Below are positions 12,795-26,679 of a stretch of DNA of 64,000 bases, one piece after another (within the stretch, counting starts at the first letter, position 1; every line of letters begins with the position of its first letter). This DNA comes from Epiperipatus broadwayi. Taxonomy: Eukaryota; Animalia; Onychophora. The stretch spans positions 15,438,001 through 15,502,000 of the forward strand of contig JAQFVV010000006.1 in NCBI GenBank assembly GCA_028023455.1, written 5' to 3'. A model generated the notes under the pieces. That model did no database searches. It saw only the letters and a list, made by a program, of their open reading frames with translations, and had not been told where the DNA came from. Position numbers and translations under genes: made by a program.

Positions 12795-13080
12795 ATTAAT
12801 TCGTTTGACCGAAATAGGATTTTAAAGCTCTAGCATTGTAAGTGCCTTTAACGTCTCCCTTTATATTTATCCAGAATGCATTGGGACCTGTTTGCTTTAT
12901 GATAGTATAAGGTCCTTCATATTGATGATGAAACTTTTGATATTTGTTCTCTTTGAGTTTACTCTAATGAGGTATTTTTATAAAAAAAACTTGATCCCCA
13001 ATTTTGAACTTGTGTGAAATTGTCTTCACATTTTTATTTCTTTGACTGGCCTTTTTTTTTAACAAGTTGTCTTTAAGTTT
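12795..13080 (-). pseudogene. Gypsy integrase C-terminal (GPY/F) remnant
   Basis: Translates as KFKIGDQVFFIKIPH*SKLKENKYQKFHHQYEGPYTIIKQTGPNAFWINIKGDVKGTYNARALKSYF, with one in-frame stop. Confidence 0.8.
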
Positions 13081-13996
13081 TTACACCATCTTTTTATATA
13101 TCCATATATATATATATCCACAAAACGCATGTGCATTGGCTTAATGCTGATTGTTATTACAGTTTAAAAACATCACACTATATAAAATAAATGTCTTATT
13201 TATACATATCCATATCAAAATATATAATAATGGACTTGCATTTTATAAGTAGTGTCAACATCCAATTGCATTATCGTGATGTTTAATTGATCTACCATTA
13301 TTACTTAATTAACTAACCATAACTTGTACTCTAATAAACCTGTGTATATATTTTTTTTATACTTTGGTTAACTTGATACATTTTTTTTTATTAATACCTA
13401 CTTCACTTATTTATATACATATATACATTTATTTTCCTAAAAGAATAGCCTAATGGATTCTATCATTACCAAAAGTCCATTGTCACATTCCAAAGTCGTA
13501 ATCTATGAAGTCCTTCCTTATATATGCTCTTTACTTTTTAAGCCCATCCATTAACATGTTCAATGAATGTGAAGAGACCTTCATAAGTATTACACAACCT
13601 ATGGAATTGTGAACCCTTCTATCTCTTAGCTTGTATTATAAATATCTTTATTATTGTCTGAAGACTTTTTATAATTTGTTCATCTTCAGGATTATGGTGA
13701 TGCTTCATACACTGTAATTTACTCTTAAGACAATTAAATCTGTTATCTTCCTCTATATCTTCTAAATTAAACATTCTATTAAGACAACCTTCTTTTCCAT
13801 TAAATATTATCATTGATAATGATATTATCAGATGATTGTCATACAATTTATCAACACCTTGTTGATGAAATGTTTTAATTTTTATTGGGAGTAATGATGG
13901 GCTGACTCAAAATACACTTCACTGTTGTATTCATCTATTATATCTTTAGACTGTGGAATCATCTCAAGTTTTATGAGTTCATGATTTAACTTGTGA

Positions 13997-14991
13997 TTAA
14001 TACAAAAAAATCCGAAGTCTTAATTTATCTAGACATTGAGTATTATCACTTGACTGTGTTTCTTTCAAGTCCTGAGACTCAGAATTTAGTTTATATTTCA
14101 CATGATCCATATCCTCTTCTTTTTCTAAGATTTTTGAATCAGATTCAAGCACTTTAGTAATGCTGCAATGATCTACTTCATTGCTCTGCTGTATGGTAAA
14201 ATGATAATCATGACAATTTTCTTCTGAAACATTCATTTGAACTAAAAATGATTAGTTCTGGATGCTATCATTATATTTGCAGATCTCATGCTCTGGGTAA
14301 GCTTTGGATTCTTGGCATCTGATTGCCATTGATATGGTTGATGCCTTTGTGTCATGAAGTCTTTCTACTTCATTGGCAGTTTGTTTCTTTTCAACAACAA
14401 CTTTGATTTCTACATGCATCTTTTCCTTAACATTATCAATATCTTTCTTTAACTCTTTTTTATAGAAATTATGTCTTCTTTTAATTTCCCTTCCATATTA
14501 TCCATATCAACTTTAGTTACCATATTATCATTCATTCTAGGCATTTCTCCCTTCATATCAGCATTCATTTTATTTATTTCAGCATTTATATTATTTATAT
14601 CAGCTTTGGTTGCCATATTATTCATGTCAGCTTTTATATGATTCATATCAACTTTGGTTGCCATATTATTCATATCAGCTTTTATATTATTCATATCAGC
14701 TTTTATATCCATTATCATTTGGACCAATTGAGCCATATATTTATCACTTCCTTGAGGTTGTACTATTATAGCTTCAGTTACCTTTTGTGTTTGGGGTAAT
14801 ATTTGATCTGTCATGTGAACTTGTGAAGGATGTTCAACTTCTTCTACAGACCCCTCAGACATTAGGACTAGTAAAGATCCTTGTTCATTACTAATTGAAG
14901 TAATCTCCATTTCTCTATCTTTATTACTTAAAGATTCTTCGAAACTTTTTACTTCCTTTATTATTAGCTTTTTCCCACTTCTAGTTATCAT
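13997..14991 (-). pseudogene. Gag-like ORF1 remnant with coiled-coil repeats
   Basis: The 180-aa ORF 14991-14449 starts MITRSG and contains DMNNIKA/DMNNMATK repeats. It continues after a frameshift in the A-run at ~14456 and one stop into ORF 14236-13997. It lies just downstream of the PBS. Confidence 0.6.
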
Positions 14992-15318
14992 TAACGAAAA
15001 ATTCCTAATATTATATATATAAACTACTTTCTTTTCAAGATTATACTTTAATATATGCCATAAGATTTCATGCTGTGCTTATGCCCTTACATGTAATTCT
15101 ATTTTTCCTACTTTTATAAGATGTTATTATAATATATATTTTAATGTTCAAACTATAATCGTATTTATTTATTTTAAAGCGACTGATTTATCTGTATATT
15201 ATGGTTTATTTTATTTCAAAGTCTATTATTTATTATTCAGTGTTTTTACCAATTCATAACATACTCATATAATTTTTTTTAAACTATGGATTTAATTAAT
15301 GGAAAACTACTGTTTCAT

Positions 15319-15336
15319 GCCCCATGTTGGGCGCCA
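15319..15336 (-). promoter_or_regulatory. Primer binding site, tRNA-Lys(CUU) type
   Basis: TGGCGCCCAACATGGGGC matches 17/18 of the Lys1,2 PBS TGGCGCCCAACGTGGGGC and is adjacent to the 5' LTR. Confidence 0.9.
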
Positions 15337-17570
15337 TGTATAACGGGACGATCCTTTTCAGGACTCTAGGAAGTCGCATCTAACTATAGTCGGACTTTGA
15401 GTCTTCTGATAGAATGCCATGGATGATGTGATTTAAAATATAATCCAATCCACTCCTCTATTAATAACCTTGTTACTCTCGGAATTCGAGCTCAGAGTAG
15501 AAATTGCAATCGACTCTCTTCAGACATTTCCACAAATATCCCATAGTAATGATAAATTTAGTATAAGCTATATATAACTTTTTTATAAATATTAAATCAC
15601 TAAGTTGATTCAATATATATATGCGTGAGTATGTATATTTATAATTATTGGTTTTATAAAACAACTAAATAAAATAAACAAACGAGACCTGTTTAATTTT
15701 AAAATCAAGTTTAACACATTTTAATCTGTAATAGAAACAAAAATATTATCTCATAAATAATAAAAATATTAAAATTTAGAATCATAATCTGTACTTATAT
15801 TTAAATACAATAATAAACTATTTAACATTCAGAAAAAACATAATGTAATCATTTACATATAATTTAAAATCATGTTTATAATAAATTTTGGTTATGGATA
15901 TATTTTGTAATTTTTAATTAATTTAATTTTTTTTTTTTGGAATATGTGATATTTATTATGTATATATATTTTATTTTAGTGTGCCTTGAAAAAGACTATA
16001 AAAAATAGTCGAAACGTTAGGTTTCTTTTTCATGATTATAGTCATAATAAATCAAGTTTTAAAAAGGAGTTAGTTTGTTTTATTTCTATATTAGATATAT
16101 ATGAACTATTTTGAAAAGAAGAACTGTGTGCTGGATATATTAAATTATTTAATAAATAATACCACTATACGTTATAAATCTACGTATTGTGTCATTAAAA
16201 TTATTCAATGTGTGTTGTATGTCTATATACGATAACATCCATTCACACTAGATTAATAATAGAATGTATTCTGATATTAATTATGTATGTTTAAAAAGAA
16301 ATTATGATAATTGTCAGGTAAGATTCAATTTGGAATATAATAAAACTTACTTTCAAATTGAAATAATTAAAAAAACTTTTACCTTAGTCAGCCATCATTT
16401 TCATCAGAGCATATATCAAAATATCAACATCTAAATTTTATTAAATAAATAAAAATAAAATGTTCATCTTATCAGTTCTCCACTTATTCTGTTAAAATCA
16501 AACTAATACACGAAATAATTTCCACGTAAATATAATTATCCACAAAGGAAATAAAGTTTAAGGGTTATTAAAATACACAATGAAGTAATCCAAGACGAGA
16601 AAGAATAACGGTTTTATATCCCTCCATAGACGAAATAAAATGACGAATGTTGAAACATAAAGTTCATTGATCATCCTTCGAAGAGGCAATCCAGATATTC
16701 ATTCTTTTAAATATTTGCATAGTAAAATATTTAACATCTTCTTCAACATAATACTCCATTGTTAAGGCAACTTTTTAAACGGGAATTATGATGATTATAC
16801 TTTAGGCATTAAGTAGGAATAAATTTACATGTTCAGGTTTAAAACATCAGCAGAAATCCTTGGTATAAATTGTCTAGCCAGAGAACATCTTTGTAAATTT
16901 TTGTCTTCTTAAATATATATTTTGTAAACTCATTTCGAAGATGTTGATAACTTTTATAACCTTGTTAATTTCAATGATTATTTTTTTATAGTTCTTTATA
17001 ATATTAAAAGGCAGTAAATTAATTACTTGAAGCAGGTTTTAAAATATTGAATCTTCTTTTTTTTTCTTAAATGTGTTCTAAATTCGAACACATTTAAATT
17101 TACAGACGTAGTTCTTGCCTAGATAAGTAAATAGAAGATTATTGTTATAACAATATTAGTTCGTTTTTATACTGGATTAATTTCTGCAAGCATATCACAT
17201 AATCATGCTCACGCTCTCTATTGTTTAACATATACAATTTGTAATGAACCTCAAATGTTTATTTCCTTTGTTTCAACTGATAAAAATGCAATGGTGACTT
17301 AAGGCTTTGTCAAATGTCAAGTTTTATATTAACAAAAAAAAATACTATTAGTTAGAAACATTTTATTTATGTGTGTGTATAAATAAACTAGAATTATTCA
17401 TTTTTAGAATTAGTCTTTTAATACTAATTAGTCTATATATATATATATAGCTAATACATGAAAAGCTTAAGATAGGTGTAAGTTATTTATATCTGTTGAT
17501 TCGATATAAGCACAGTTAAATTCACAAAGAAACAAATTGTTTTAGATGAGGCTCATATGGTACTCTCACA
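15337..17570 (-). repeat. 5' LTR of the Gypsy element
   Basis: Direct repeat of 10252-12188 carrying an extra 271-bp insertion. Confidence 0.9.
15887..16157 (+). mobile_element. Insertion in the 5' LTR with a hammerhead-like motif
   Basis: Absent from the 3' LTR. TAATAAAT is duplicated (15879-15886, 16150-16157). Contains TTGAAAA A GACTA-taaaaaa-TAGTC GAAA CGTT at 15986-16018. Confidence 0.7.
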
Positions 17571-17747
17571 ATCCATTGCAAAATATCGAAATACTAAAAA
17601 ATAATATATATAAAAAATTTATAAAAAACGCTTTTATTTAATATGATCAGTAATGCACCAAAAATCAATATATATGTATTAGTTTTTAGTGCGCATTATT
17701 ACATCAAATAAGTGTTTTAGATAAAATATTTTTCATATATCAATCAA

Positions 17748-18240
17748 TCAATCAAATAGTATTCTGTCCTATGGACACGACCAAAGAGCAGTCATCTTCA
17801 TTCCATTCTCTTCATTGTCCAGTTCTTCAATTCCACATAACTCTGTCCATTTCTTATATCATCCAACAATGTCAATCTTTTCTATTCTTCCTGTTTCTAG
17901 TCACCATTCCTTGCAAAACATCTTTCATCGAACTATACCTCATATGTCTGATCCAGTTTCTCTTTCTAACTTTAATTTCATTAGTCAAACTTTTTTTTAT
18001 TTACCCTTTTCAAAATTTCTTCATTTGTTATTTTATTCATCTGATTTTTTTTCCATCCTTCTCCATGATTACATCTCAGAAGCTTTTCCAATCTGTTCCT
18101 AATTTTATTATTCAGTGCCCACATTTTACAACCATAGAATTCTACACTCTTCACATAGCATTTAAGTAATTTTTTTCTTAATTCTCTCCCTTCAAAGGTT
18201 TACAAAATATTTTCTTTCTCCTATCAAATGCCTCCTTTAT
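17748..18240 (-). mobile_element. RTE-like LINE 3' fragment
   Basis: (TTGA)n tail at ~17750 and homology to the 28563-29110 part of the longer copy. Confidence 0.7.
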
Positions 18241-21098
18241 ATATATATTATTTGATTAATAGTTGAATCGTTTTTGGATTAAAATTGGCATACTTGTATT
18301 CAAACTTGTATGAACATATTATATTATATCCTGTCCAGAATCACTAAACAAGCTACTTAGATTTCTTCAGTTATTCCATCTACTGTAAACTTGAAATGGC
18401 AGTAATATAAATAGTTATCTTCTGAAAAGCATTGTGTAAATTGGTATCATGATATTTTTGGTTTTAGTAACTAAAAGAGGAGTACTGCAACCAAATAGTA
18501 CCCCTTATCCATCATTGATGATGGTTTGTATTTTTTGCCTTCCCCTTAGCACAGTTCATTCTAGCATGCCAATGTTAGTGTTTTTCATAACTTTATTGAC
18601 TCACTCAGATCCTTAAAAGCAGTTTGAGATGAATTAATAGTTTATTTATCATGACCCTGTTGTTGATAAAACTGTGAATTGAATTCATAAAATCCTTTTT
18701 TCTTGAAATTGATTTTCGTTTTTAGTCCAATTGACTTCTTTTTTACTGCTGACCTCATTGCATTTGTTAGTCATACAGAGCTATAGTAGTAATATGCCCA
18801 TGTGTTATAAAGTTCCTTAGATTGAAGCTCACTTCTGGTGCACAAATAACATATGATCTCTTGAACTAAACATTTGATTATTTATTATTGTCCTGTAACG
18901 TTTAATGCATTAGTATAATGATAATCCTATGAACAAAAAGTTCGTAAATTAAAGCTCAATTCTGTTATTTTACAGTGCTCAAATGTCATGTAATCTTCAC
19001 CGTGACAATACATTGGGGGTATTTTTTTAAATGATTTTGCTTCTGCATGAGATATTAAGGGGGTTTGGTAAATTCATTAACATTGTTTTGTAATTGCTGT
19101 AGCAGTTTAAATAATATTTGTACTTCAAGTGAAGTAAATAACAGTTGTATTTTTAAGGATTAAAAACAATTGTTAATATTGAATGAATTACATTTTGAAT
19201 GACTTGGAATCTTATATTTAAAAATAGATCGCAAGCATATTTGACTCTATAGATCCAGGTAACTGTAAATAAACTGCTGATAGTGGCTGACAAGCGTTAT
19301 TTGAACTAATTATTTAAACTTTTCAATGATTATTCCAATATACAAATAGTCAGAAGTATCTTAATAATAGCAGTAAATGTCACGTCAGTAATTTAAATAG
19401 ATCACTATGCTGTATAACTATAGTGAAGTACTTCAGGAATGTATTTTTACAGATATATGTTTAATATACATCCTTATTAGCAGCCACCAATTAATAAGTA
19501 TGGCCTGTATAAGGTCAGAAGAAAAAAGTCTGAAAGAACAATGTGTGTGTGTGTGTGTGTTTAATACATATACGAATTCAAATAGCCAATGTATTTCAAA
19601 TAAATCATAACATGATATAAAATCTTCCGGCACCAATTAATGAGATTAAATACTTTGTATAATTCATGATAATATAATGAATGAATATGTTAATACAGTT
19701 TATTATGAAAAGTATATCAAATGGTGTGTGTATTGTGTTATGTACATCTTAGTTGAAAAGTAATGTGGATGTTTCAAGCATCCATAGGGATAGAAGATGG
19801 GATCATGATGTTTTAATGGTTTATATTGCTTTATAGTTTATGTCTATAGTATAATTTTTTTTTAATTAACAACAAAAACAAGTTACATCTTATTCTCAGT
19901 TAAAATGTTTCATTTCATTGAAATTACTATGTGTAAATTCATCCTGTAGAATTTATTAGGAGGAAGAAAACAGAAATTTTATTATTTATAACTAATAGTA
20001 GTTGATAATTGATTTTTTCATGCTCACAATTATTATTAATAAGGGCACTCAAACATCCTTTATTAATTATACCAAAAATAAAATGTTAAATATGATAGCC
20101 AAATTTAGAATTATAACTGTGATTTTACAAAATAAAATAAATAATTGGACGGCTTTTAACTGCTTGAAGGTTCCTAAGTTTAAGTACCGGAAATGCCAGA
20201 ATGAGAATTGATCTGAGGATCGTACCTTCCAAAATCTGCTGCACCTTGGCACTAAACTGCATATGACTATGATAATACAAGTCTCGTTGTCCTAGCTTAG
20301 GAAAATAACAGTAATGAGCAAGCATAATAAATTGTGGTCATGTGATCGTAGGAAAATCCCTGAATCGGTTTGAATCTTATTTATATTCAGTAGATTCTAA
20401 CTCTATTTGCATTAATTAAAGATTGATTTCTATAAGCAAGTAAGCTTTGCTTAACAATTCGGCTCAGAATTAATATAAATAAAGTTCAGGCCTGTTGTTG
20501 GGATCCAACACAATTGATGGAGGAATTTTTAAAAACCAATGCTCCACGTTTGTATTGTTATATTTCACAATTCTACATTTGGCTTATATAATATTTTATA
20601 TCTTATTTTTGCAACAATAAAGAGGATATCTGAATAGAAGTCATTCGCAATCATCATTCATCCACTGCAAGATAAAGATCTCTCCATGCTTAATCCAGTT
20701 TCTCTGACCTCTAGCCTATCTTTTCCATGTCATATCAGCAAACGTATATGATAATATTATAAGGTATTATTGTAATGCATTAATTACATAATTGATCTTT
20801 ACATAATATATAAAGAGTGCTTAAATACTTCGGTTAAAGCAGTCCATTTTTTTAATAACAAACGTGTGGTTCAGTGTTTGAAATGAATGTGTTTAATTAA
20901 TCAGTAAAATGAATAAATGATCAAGAAAGATGCTATTTCAATAGCTTGATAGTGCAAAGTACGTGTTACAATAGGAATCAATGTTTTGTATGGTTATAAG
21001 TCAACAACAATAAATTAATTGTTTTATTGATGGTTATAATTATTTATGTAGTCTTAATGGTTAAACGAAAATTATGAATTTATCTAATTTTATATTAG

Positions 21099-21293
21099 CC
21101 TAAAACCAGTTCAGAAGAAAAAAATATTAAAACAATGGCTCCCAAGACTGATGTTTCTGAATGTCTGTCATCTCTCTTTGAGTCAACTAACCCGTGGAGA
21201 ACTCCTGGAGGCATTGCCGCAGCATATGGAATGGATAGTATGGGGATTGGCTTAGGGCTGCGAGCTGCTATGCCGAAAATGCCTTCGTTTAAG
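21099..21293 (+). CDS. SETD1: Set1/SETD1 histone H3K4 methyltransferase, exon (phase 0/0)
   Basis: AG/GT bounded. Encodes PKTSSEEK...MGIGLGLRAAMPKMPSFK, matching the conserved GLR..PSFK region of metazoan Set1. Confidence 0.85.
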
Positions 21294-24200
21294 GTAAATA
21301 TTTTTTAGCTTTTTAAAGACCGCTTTGTTCAATATTCTGCACGGCTTTTTCTCTGCATTACTAAAGTTCTTGATTTGTTTGTTTTTTTTAAAAAAATAAA
21401 TAAATTTATAAATAAATAAGCTGCTTATAATGAATAGAAAATTAAAATAATTACTATATGCAATCCCATATCTTTCACTGTGTAGTTCCGAACTTTTTCG
21501 CTAATACTGAAAACTTAAATAATAACTAAGTCTATATAGTATACGCATTTAGCATGTATGCTTATGTCTATGATATAATTTAATTTTAAAGATCACATTC
21601 TTAGATGTCAACAAAAATAATTAACAAAGAATAGCATGAAAAAGACTATGATAAAAAATTTAAAGGAAAAGAAAAAGAGTAACTATATGATTGGCCGAAC
21701 ATGCAAAGCAAGGAAATAGCCGAGAGACAATTTGTGTGGCACTCATATAGGTGGGTGCACATGTAAAAAGACGTGCATTCAGATTTATGGATTATAACTT
21801 TTTTTTTCATTAAATATTTTGTCAAACTGTGTTTGAAATCATGAATAAGTGAGTTCATGAATTTGGGGAAGGAGATCTTACTATTTATTGGTAAGTTCAT
21901 GGATTTGGAGGAGTTGATATTACTGTTCATAGGTGATGCATGTTTTTGAACAGTATTTAAAAAAAAAGTTGCTTTTAAAATATTAGAGAAGATATACCAC
22001 TGTAGAAGTATATAACTACTAATAGAAAATGTAAGTAAATGAAACTGATCGTTTGATACCATTTTGTTATGATGATTATTTCAAATGGTATCCTCGTGTT
22101 CATTATCATAACAACAACAATGTTATCTTGTTGCGCATTTGTTTACCTGAAAAGATTTTGTTGCTAATATGATCGGTCTTTTCAAGACTAAAGTAGATAT
22201 TTATCCCTCTTTCCAATATCAGTAATTTTATGGTTTGTCTGTATTAATTATCCTGCAGGATTTATTGTTGTGGTAGGCTTATGAGGGCTTGAGAAACAAA
22301 GATTTTTAAATTGATGCTCAACTGTCTCGTGGTATTGCTCAAAAATATCATGATATATATTATAGGCTATTAATGAGAGACCCAAGCAAGATCCCAATTA
22401 TTCCAGAAAAAAAAAAAATTAGTAGAGAGAAATTTCTTTTTTGTTTGTTTTAATCAGCTATATGTATAGTTCATTGAAAATCATCGATAGAATATAGAAA
22501 GGAAATGGGTAAAATTCGAGATTGCTGCTAATTCTAGCTATATATTAGGAATCAACTTCTGGCTGTGAGTGTGTGGGCCTATATGTGAGTGTAGATAATT
22601 ATCTTAAATGCCTTCTAATTAATATTTCAAGTTTTAATTCTATGTAGCGAAGTTTTTTTAAAATTTATATGTTATTTCTATTTTATTGTATGTTAACATT
22701 AAAGAAAGAAAGACAGAGAGAAACTCATTAGCAAAGGTATAAAATTAAATAGACCACTAATGATTGTATTTGACCACCAAGCTAGTTTGAACTCAGTCAC
22801 TAATTAATCATAAGTTGACAGTTCCAAGATAAAAATATTTCAAATCATCCGAGTGGATAGTAGATACCTTCAATCACCTATTACTATCGAGAGGCTAGGG
22901 TCATTAAGGGACCAGTAACATCAGTAGAACAAAATGAATAAATACTAGAGAGAAGCTGAAACAAAGAGCATTATTATTGTTGTTGTTTTTTTTTTGGAAC
23001 TGGCGTTGCCAATTCATCTCAAATATTTTATTGTGGATAAAATTTAAAAAGATATGCAGTGCTGAACGCTAGCTGCTTTGTTCCAAATGACTGGAAGCCT
23101 CGGGAGTTTAGACACATCTGAATGGGAGACTAGAGAAACTCATAAGACATAATGGCTACAGTGTCTACAATGCCTCCTGCCTCCATCCACTTTGGGAAAG
23201 TAAATATCAGCGGAATGGGAAAACGTAAAAAAAGTCTACTCTGATTCAAATTCAGGATTACCCGTGAATAAGTTCAGATATCAACTAATTTATATCTGTA
23301 CCGTAAATTCGCTATCAACAATAATTTTGAAAATAGTAATGAAGCTAATTTGAAGAAAATGTGCATGGTAATAATCAGTATGTGGTTTAAATGACGTTTT
23401 GTATTCTTTTTTTCTCTGTGTTTATTGTCAAGAAAGTTTGCGTATAGTAATCAGTGTATCATCGATACATATACTTGTCCGAAGTCTGTGCTTAAAAGCT
23501 AATTAACAGTACTTCAAAAGGCAGGAACCCAAACCATTGGTAATATACAATCAAATTTTACTAATAACTATTGGCATTTTTATTTTTTAATCCTCTCTCT
23601 CTCTTTTTTTAAATATCAAATTAGGTCTTAGTGATTAAGGATTTTGTTATACTAAATATTATGTTATTATTTATGCGATTATTTTTTCTTGTTTTATTAT
23701 ATCTTCAGTTGTTTTATCAATCGTATTGTATATATTTATTTGTACACACATCTATTGATGTATCTTGATATAGTTCATTTTAAAATAGATGTTCATTTTT
23801 TTTGATTGAAATATTTATGTAAACATTTTATGATGAGGAAGTTTAAACTCTAGACGATGTGTTTATGTACATAGATGTATGACAGTAGTGGACAGGCCTA
23901 AAATAAATGATAAGGGGGGGGGGTTTGAAATGATAATAGTAACTAGATGAAAGATTTTTTTTGTATTAATGTTGATTTAGTAAAGGCAGAAATTAGACAG
24001 AGGTATGAATGAATACAGATTAATTATGTAATAGTTACATTATAATATTATTGACAAGATGGGGTGTGCATATGCATTTTTTTTTTGATTTTGTTTATTA
24101 ATTATATGAATGTCACAAGGGACCAAATTATTTACGCTAGATGAAATGACATTTAAATATCTTAATTAAAAGATGTGTGATATTTTCCACCACCCCCCTT

Positions 24201-24454
24201 ATTATTATTATTAATCATTAAATATTTAGTAATTTTATAATTAATTTTATCATAATTAATTGTTTTGGGGATGTACACATTATTTAGTAATGTTGGAATA
24301 AAACATGAATCGGATGTTGAAATTAAACTGCTTATATGTGTTTATTTATCAATTACAAAACTCCTTGTAAATGTTGCTCGTAAGTCACCATCAAATAAAG
24401 ATACATAAACACTAGTAAAAGATGAAAAGGGTAATTTTAATCATGGTATGTCTT

Positions 24455-24640
24455 GCATTGGTGGTCGAGAGGTCAGCGTGACTGCCTTACAAGTAGTTGC
24501 CCGGGTTGTGGGTTCGCATCCCGGCCGATGCTATGACACTTGAAAAAAAAAAAAAATCTATTTTTGATAATCCCCTAGCAGCTGAATGTGTATTTAGGGT
24601 CTAGTTCTCTTTCATGCCTCTGAAGGAGGATGGGAGTGAT
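24455..24640 (+). mobile_element. tRNA-derived SINE
   Basis: A-box TGGTCGAGAGG, anticodon-like stem ACTGC-cttacaa-GTAGT and B-box GGTTCGCATCC. The acceptor stem is not intact, and a non-tRNA body follows. Confidence 0.55.
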
Positions 24641-26141
24641 CATCATCAAAAAATATTTATATGAAAATGTAGATATGCATCAAGTAATGGTGCAAGTCAT
24701 TGGTTCCTTTTTTTTCTATGAGCTAGCTTAGTGATTGATCTTCCATCTATAGGCAAAGTGACCCTAAGACCCAGAAGCCGATCTTATAAATGTGGGAACT
24801 AGATGATGTTCCAAGAATGGATATTATTCATCCCATCCTGAATAGTAAAACACTAACAGTTAGTTATAGCTGTATAGTATTCGACCAGGGATTTGTATAG
24901 ACTCTATGTTCAAATGATGGAAACTTTGGCGTCTTCAAATGATTATAGTATAACACCAATTGCTTGATATTTGCTGTGATTCCATACCAGTACAATAATT
25001 TGGCTACCTAACTGTGGGATGATGATGATGATTGGCCATCACCCCAAGTTCAGTGTGGGTGAACTCTGTATTCCCACTCCATATCATACCATTACAATAT
25101 ATAATGTGAATAAAACTTCTAAACTTTGGTTATGTCCTAATGAGCTAAAAATTGGCTTTTCTTTTTAACACATTAAGTATATTCTAATTATTAATACATG
25201 AAGTCAAAACAAAATTACAATTAGTCTTTCAATCCAGTCATCTGATATCATTTCACTGTAAGATTTATGAGTTAACTAATAGATTACTATAGGACTAAAA
25301 CTATTTTGAACTGTAAAGAGCTGAAAATTCATAACTGGATATGCCAAATATAAAATAGGCTAATGTTTATCAATACTTCTTCAAAGTTTAATTATCTTTT
25401 ATTGAAATTCAGACTGTACTGTATAAGACTTTTTAGACCTTAAAACTGGAGTAAGAAGTAATTTTTTATACTGAGAGTTTCTCGCTCAAAAGCAGAGAAA
25501 GGAGCTGTTATTGATGATCAGACTAGTCACTTATCTAAATTCTTTTCTACTTTTTCAATTTAGAAGCTTCATTTTCTACTTTTTGTCTTTAAAAATTCAA
25601 TTCCATGTTAAGTGGATAACAAAGCACTTCAGTATGGAATGTTGTGTCTCCAATAAAAATGAGAATTTTATTTTTGAATAAATAAGCATATTGGTTAATA
25701 TGATACAAGTAGTAAAACCCAAATATTGGACAACGCTTGAACTGGCACAATCCGTTTATCATAAGTTAGTCCACTGATTAGACTTTCACACTACTTTTCC
25801 ATAACAATGATTTTACAATTTATTTTATTCTGCAATAAAGATGTGCATGGATATACTATGCAAGGAAACATTTTATTCTATTAAATATTTGAACATTAAT
25901 GATATATTATTTGCGTGTCATTATCTATAAACAATTGAATTGATACAACCCTCCAATTATAGTGCTATCTTTATTCTTTGATTGCATATATTTTTTATTT
26001 ATGCTTGTATATTTTCTATAAATGGAATCCGTGTTGCTGTTTTTTAATCGTCTTTTTTAATATCTTTATAAATATTTATTTGCTAAGTATTAATATATTT
26101 TAAGAAATGTTTTTTAAATTTTTTATTTTTTTTTATTTTAG

Positions 26142-26214
26142 CGGGTTAAAATTAAACCTCCTTCACCTCCACCTTTGGATGATGATGATAGTAAGCGTCC
26201 AGGAGATGAGTCAG
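26142..26214 (+). CDS. SETD1: SETD1 exon (phase 0/1)
   Basis: Polypyrimidine-AG acceptor and GTAAGT donor. RVKIKPPSPPPLDDDDSKRPGDES continues from PSFK. Confidence 0.85.
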
Positions 26215-26679
26215 GTAAGTTTATGTTTTTATTGTATATATAACAATCATTATTAAATGTCTTGTATCATTTAGCGTTGGCAATTGACTGACAGATAGTT
26301 GAATATAGCTGGATTGATTCTCAATTGATTATGCATAAAGAAAAATAATTGAAGGAAACTAACAATTATTTTTTATAAAAAAAGTAAATGAAATAATCTT
26401 TGTCAAGAATCCATCTAACCATTTCAATATTTGCTATATATGTAAAAGTGGTTAGATGAATTTGATTAAATGTAAAAGCATTTATAGGAAGCAATTAAAA
26501 ATATTGGAAGAAAAATTGTGATGATTAATAATAAATAGAGGTATATAAAAAGGTGTTGAAGTGTCATTCTGATTATTCATAAAACATATTCAAACTCAGC
26601 TTTTTTCTCTCTATCTACAGTTTTGTTCAGTTACTCTTAATATCATAAAATAGCCTATATAACAATAAGATATCTTATA

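Larger units (their letters stand above)
10252..17570 (-). mobile_element. Non-autonomous Ty3/Gypsy LTR retrotransposon
   Basis: Two ~2-kb direct repeats, a PBS, a PPT, a 4-bp TSD (ATCC at 10248-10251 and 17571-17574), a gag-like ORF and an integrase C-terminal remnant. No RT/RNaseH recognisable. Confidence 0.9.

Noticed and set aside
1-21098. Upstream SETD1 exons (RRM and DLNRKM/FDEWW helix)
   Set aside because: I found no matching exon by eye. They probably lie left of the window, so the intronic status of this region is not proven.
24455-24530. Possible tRNA-Val(UAC) gene
   Set aside because: The acceptor stem does not pair, the variable region is abnormal and a non-tRNA body follows; called a SINE.
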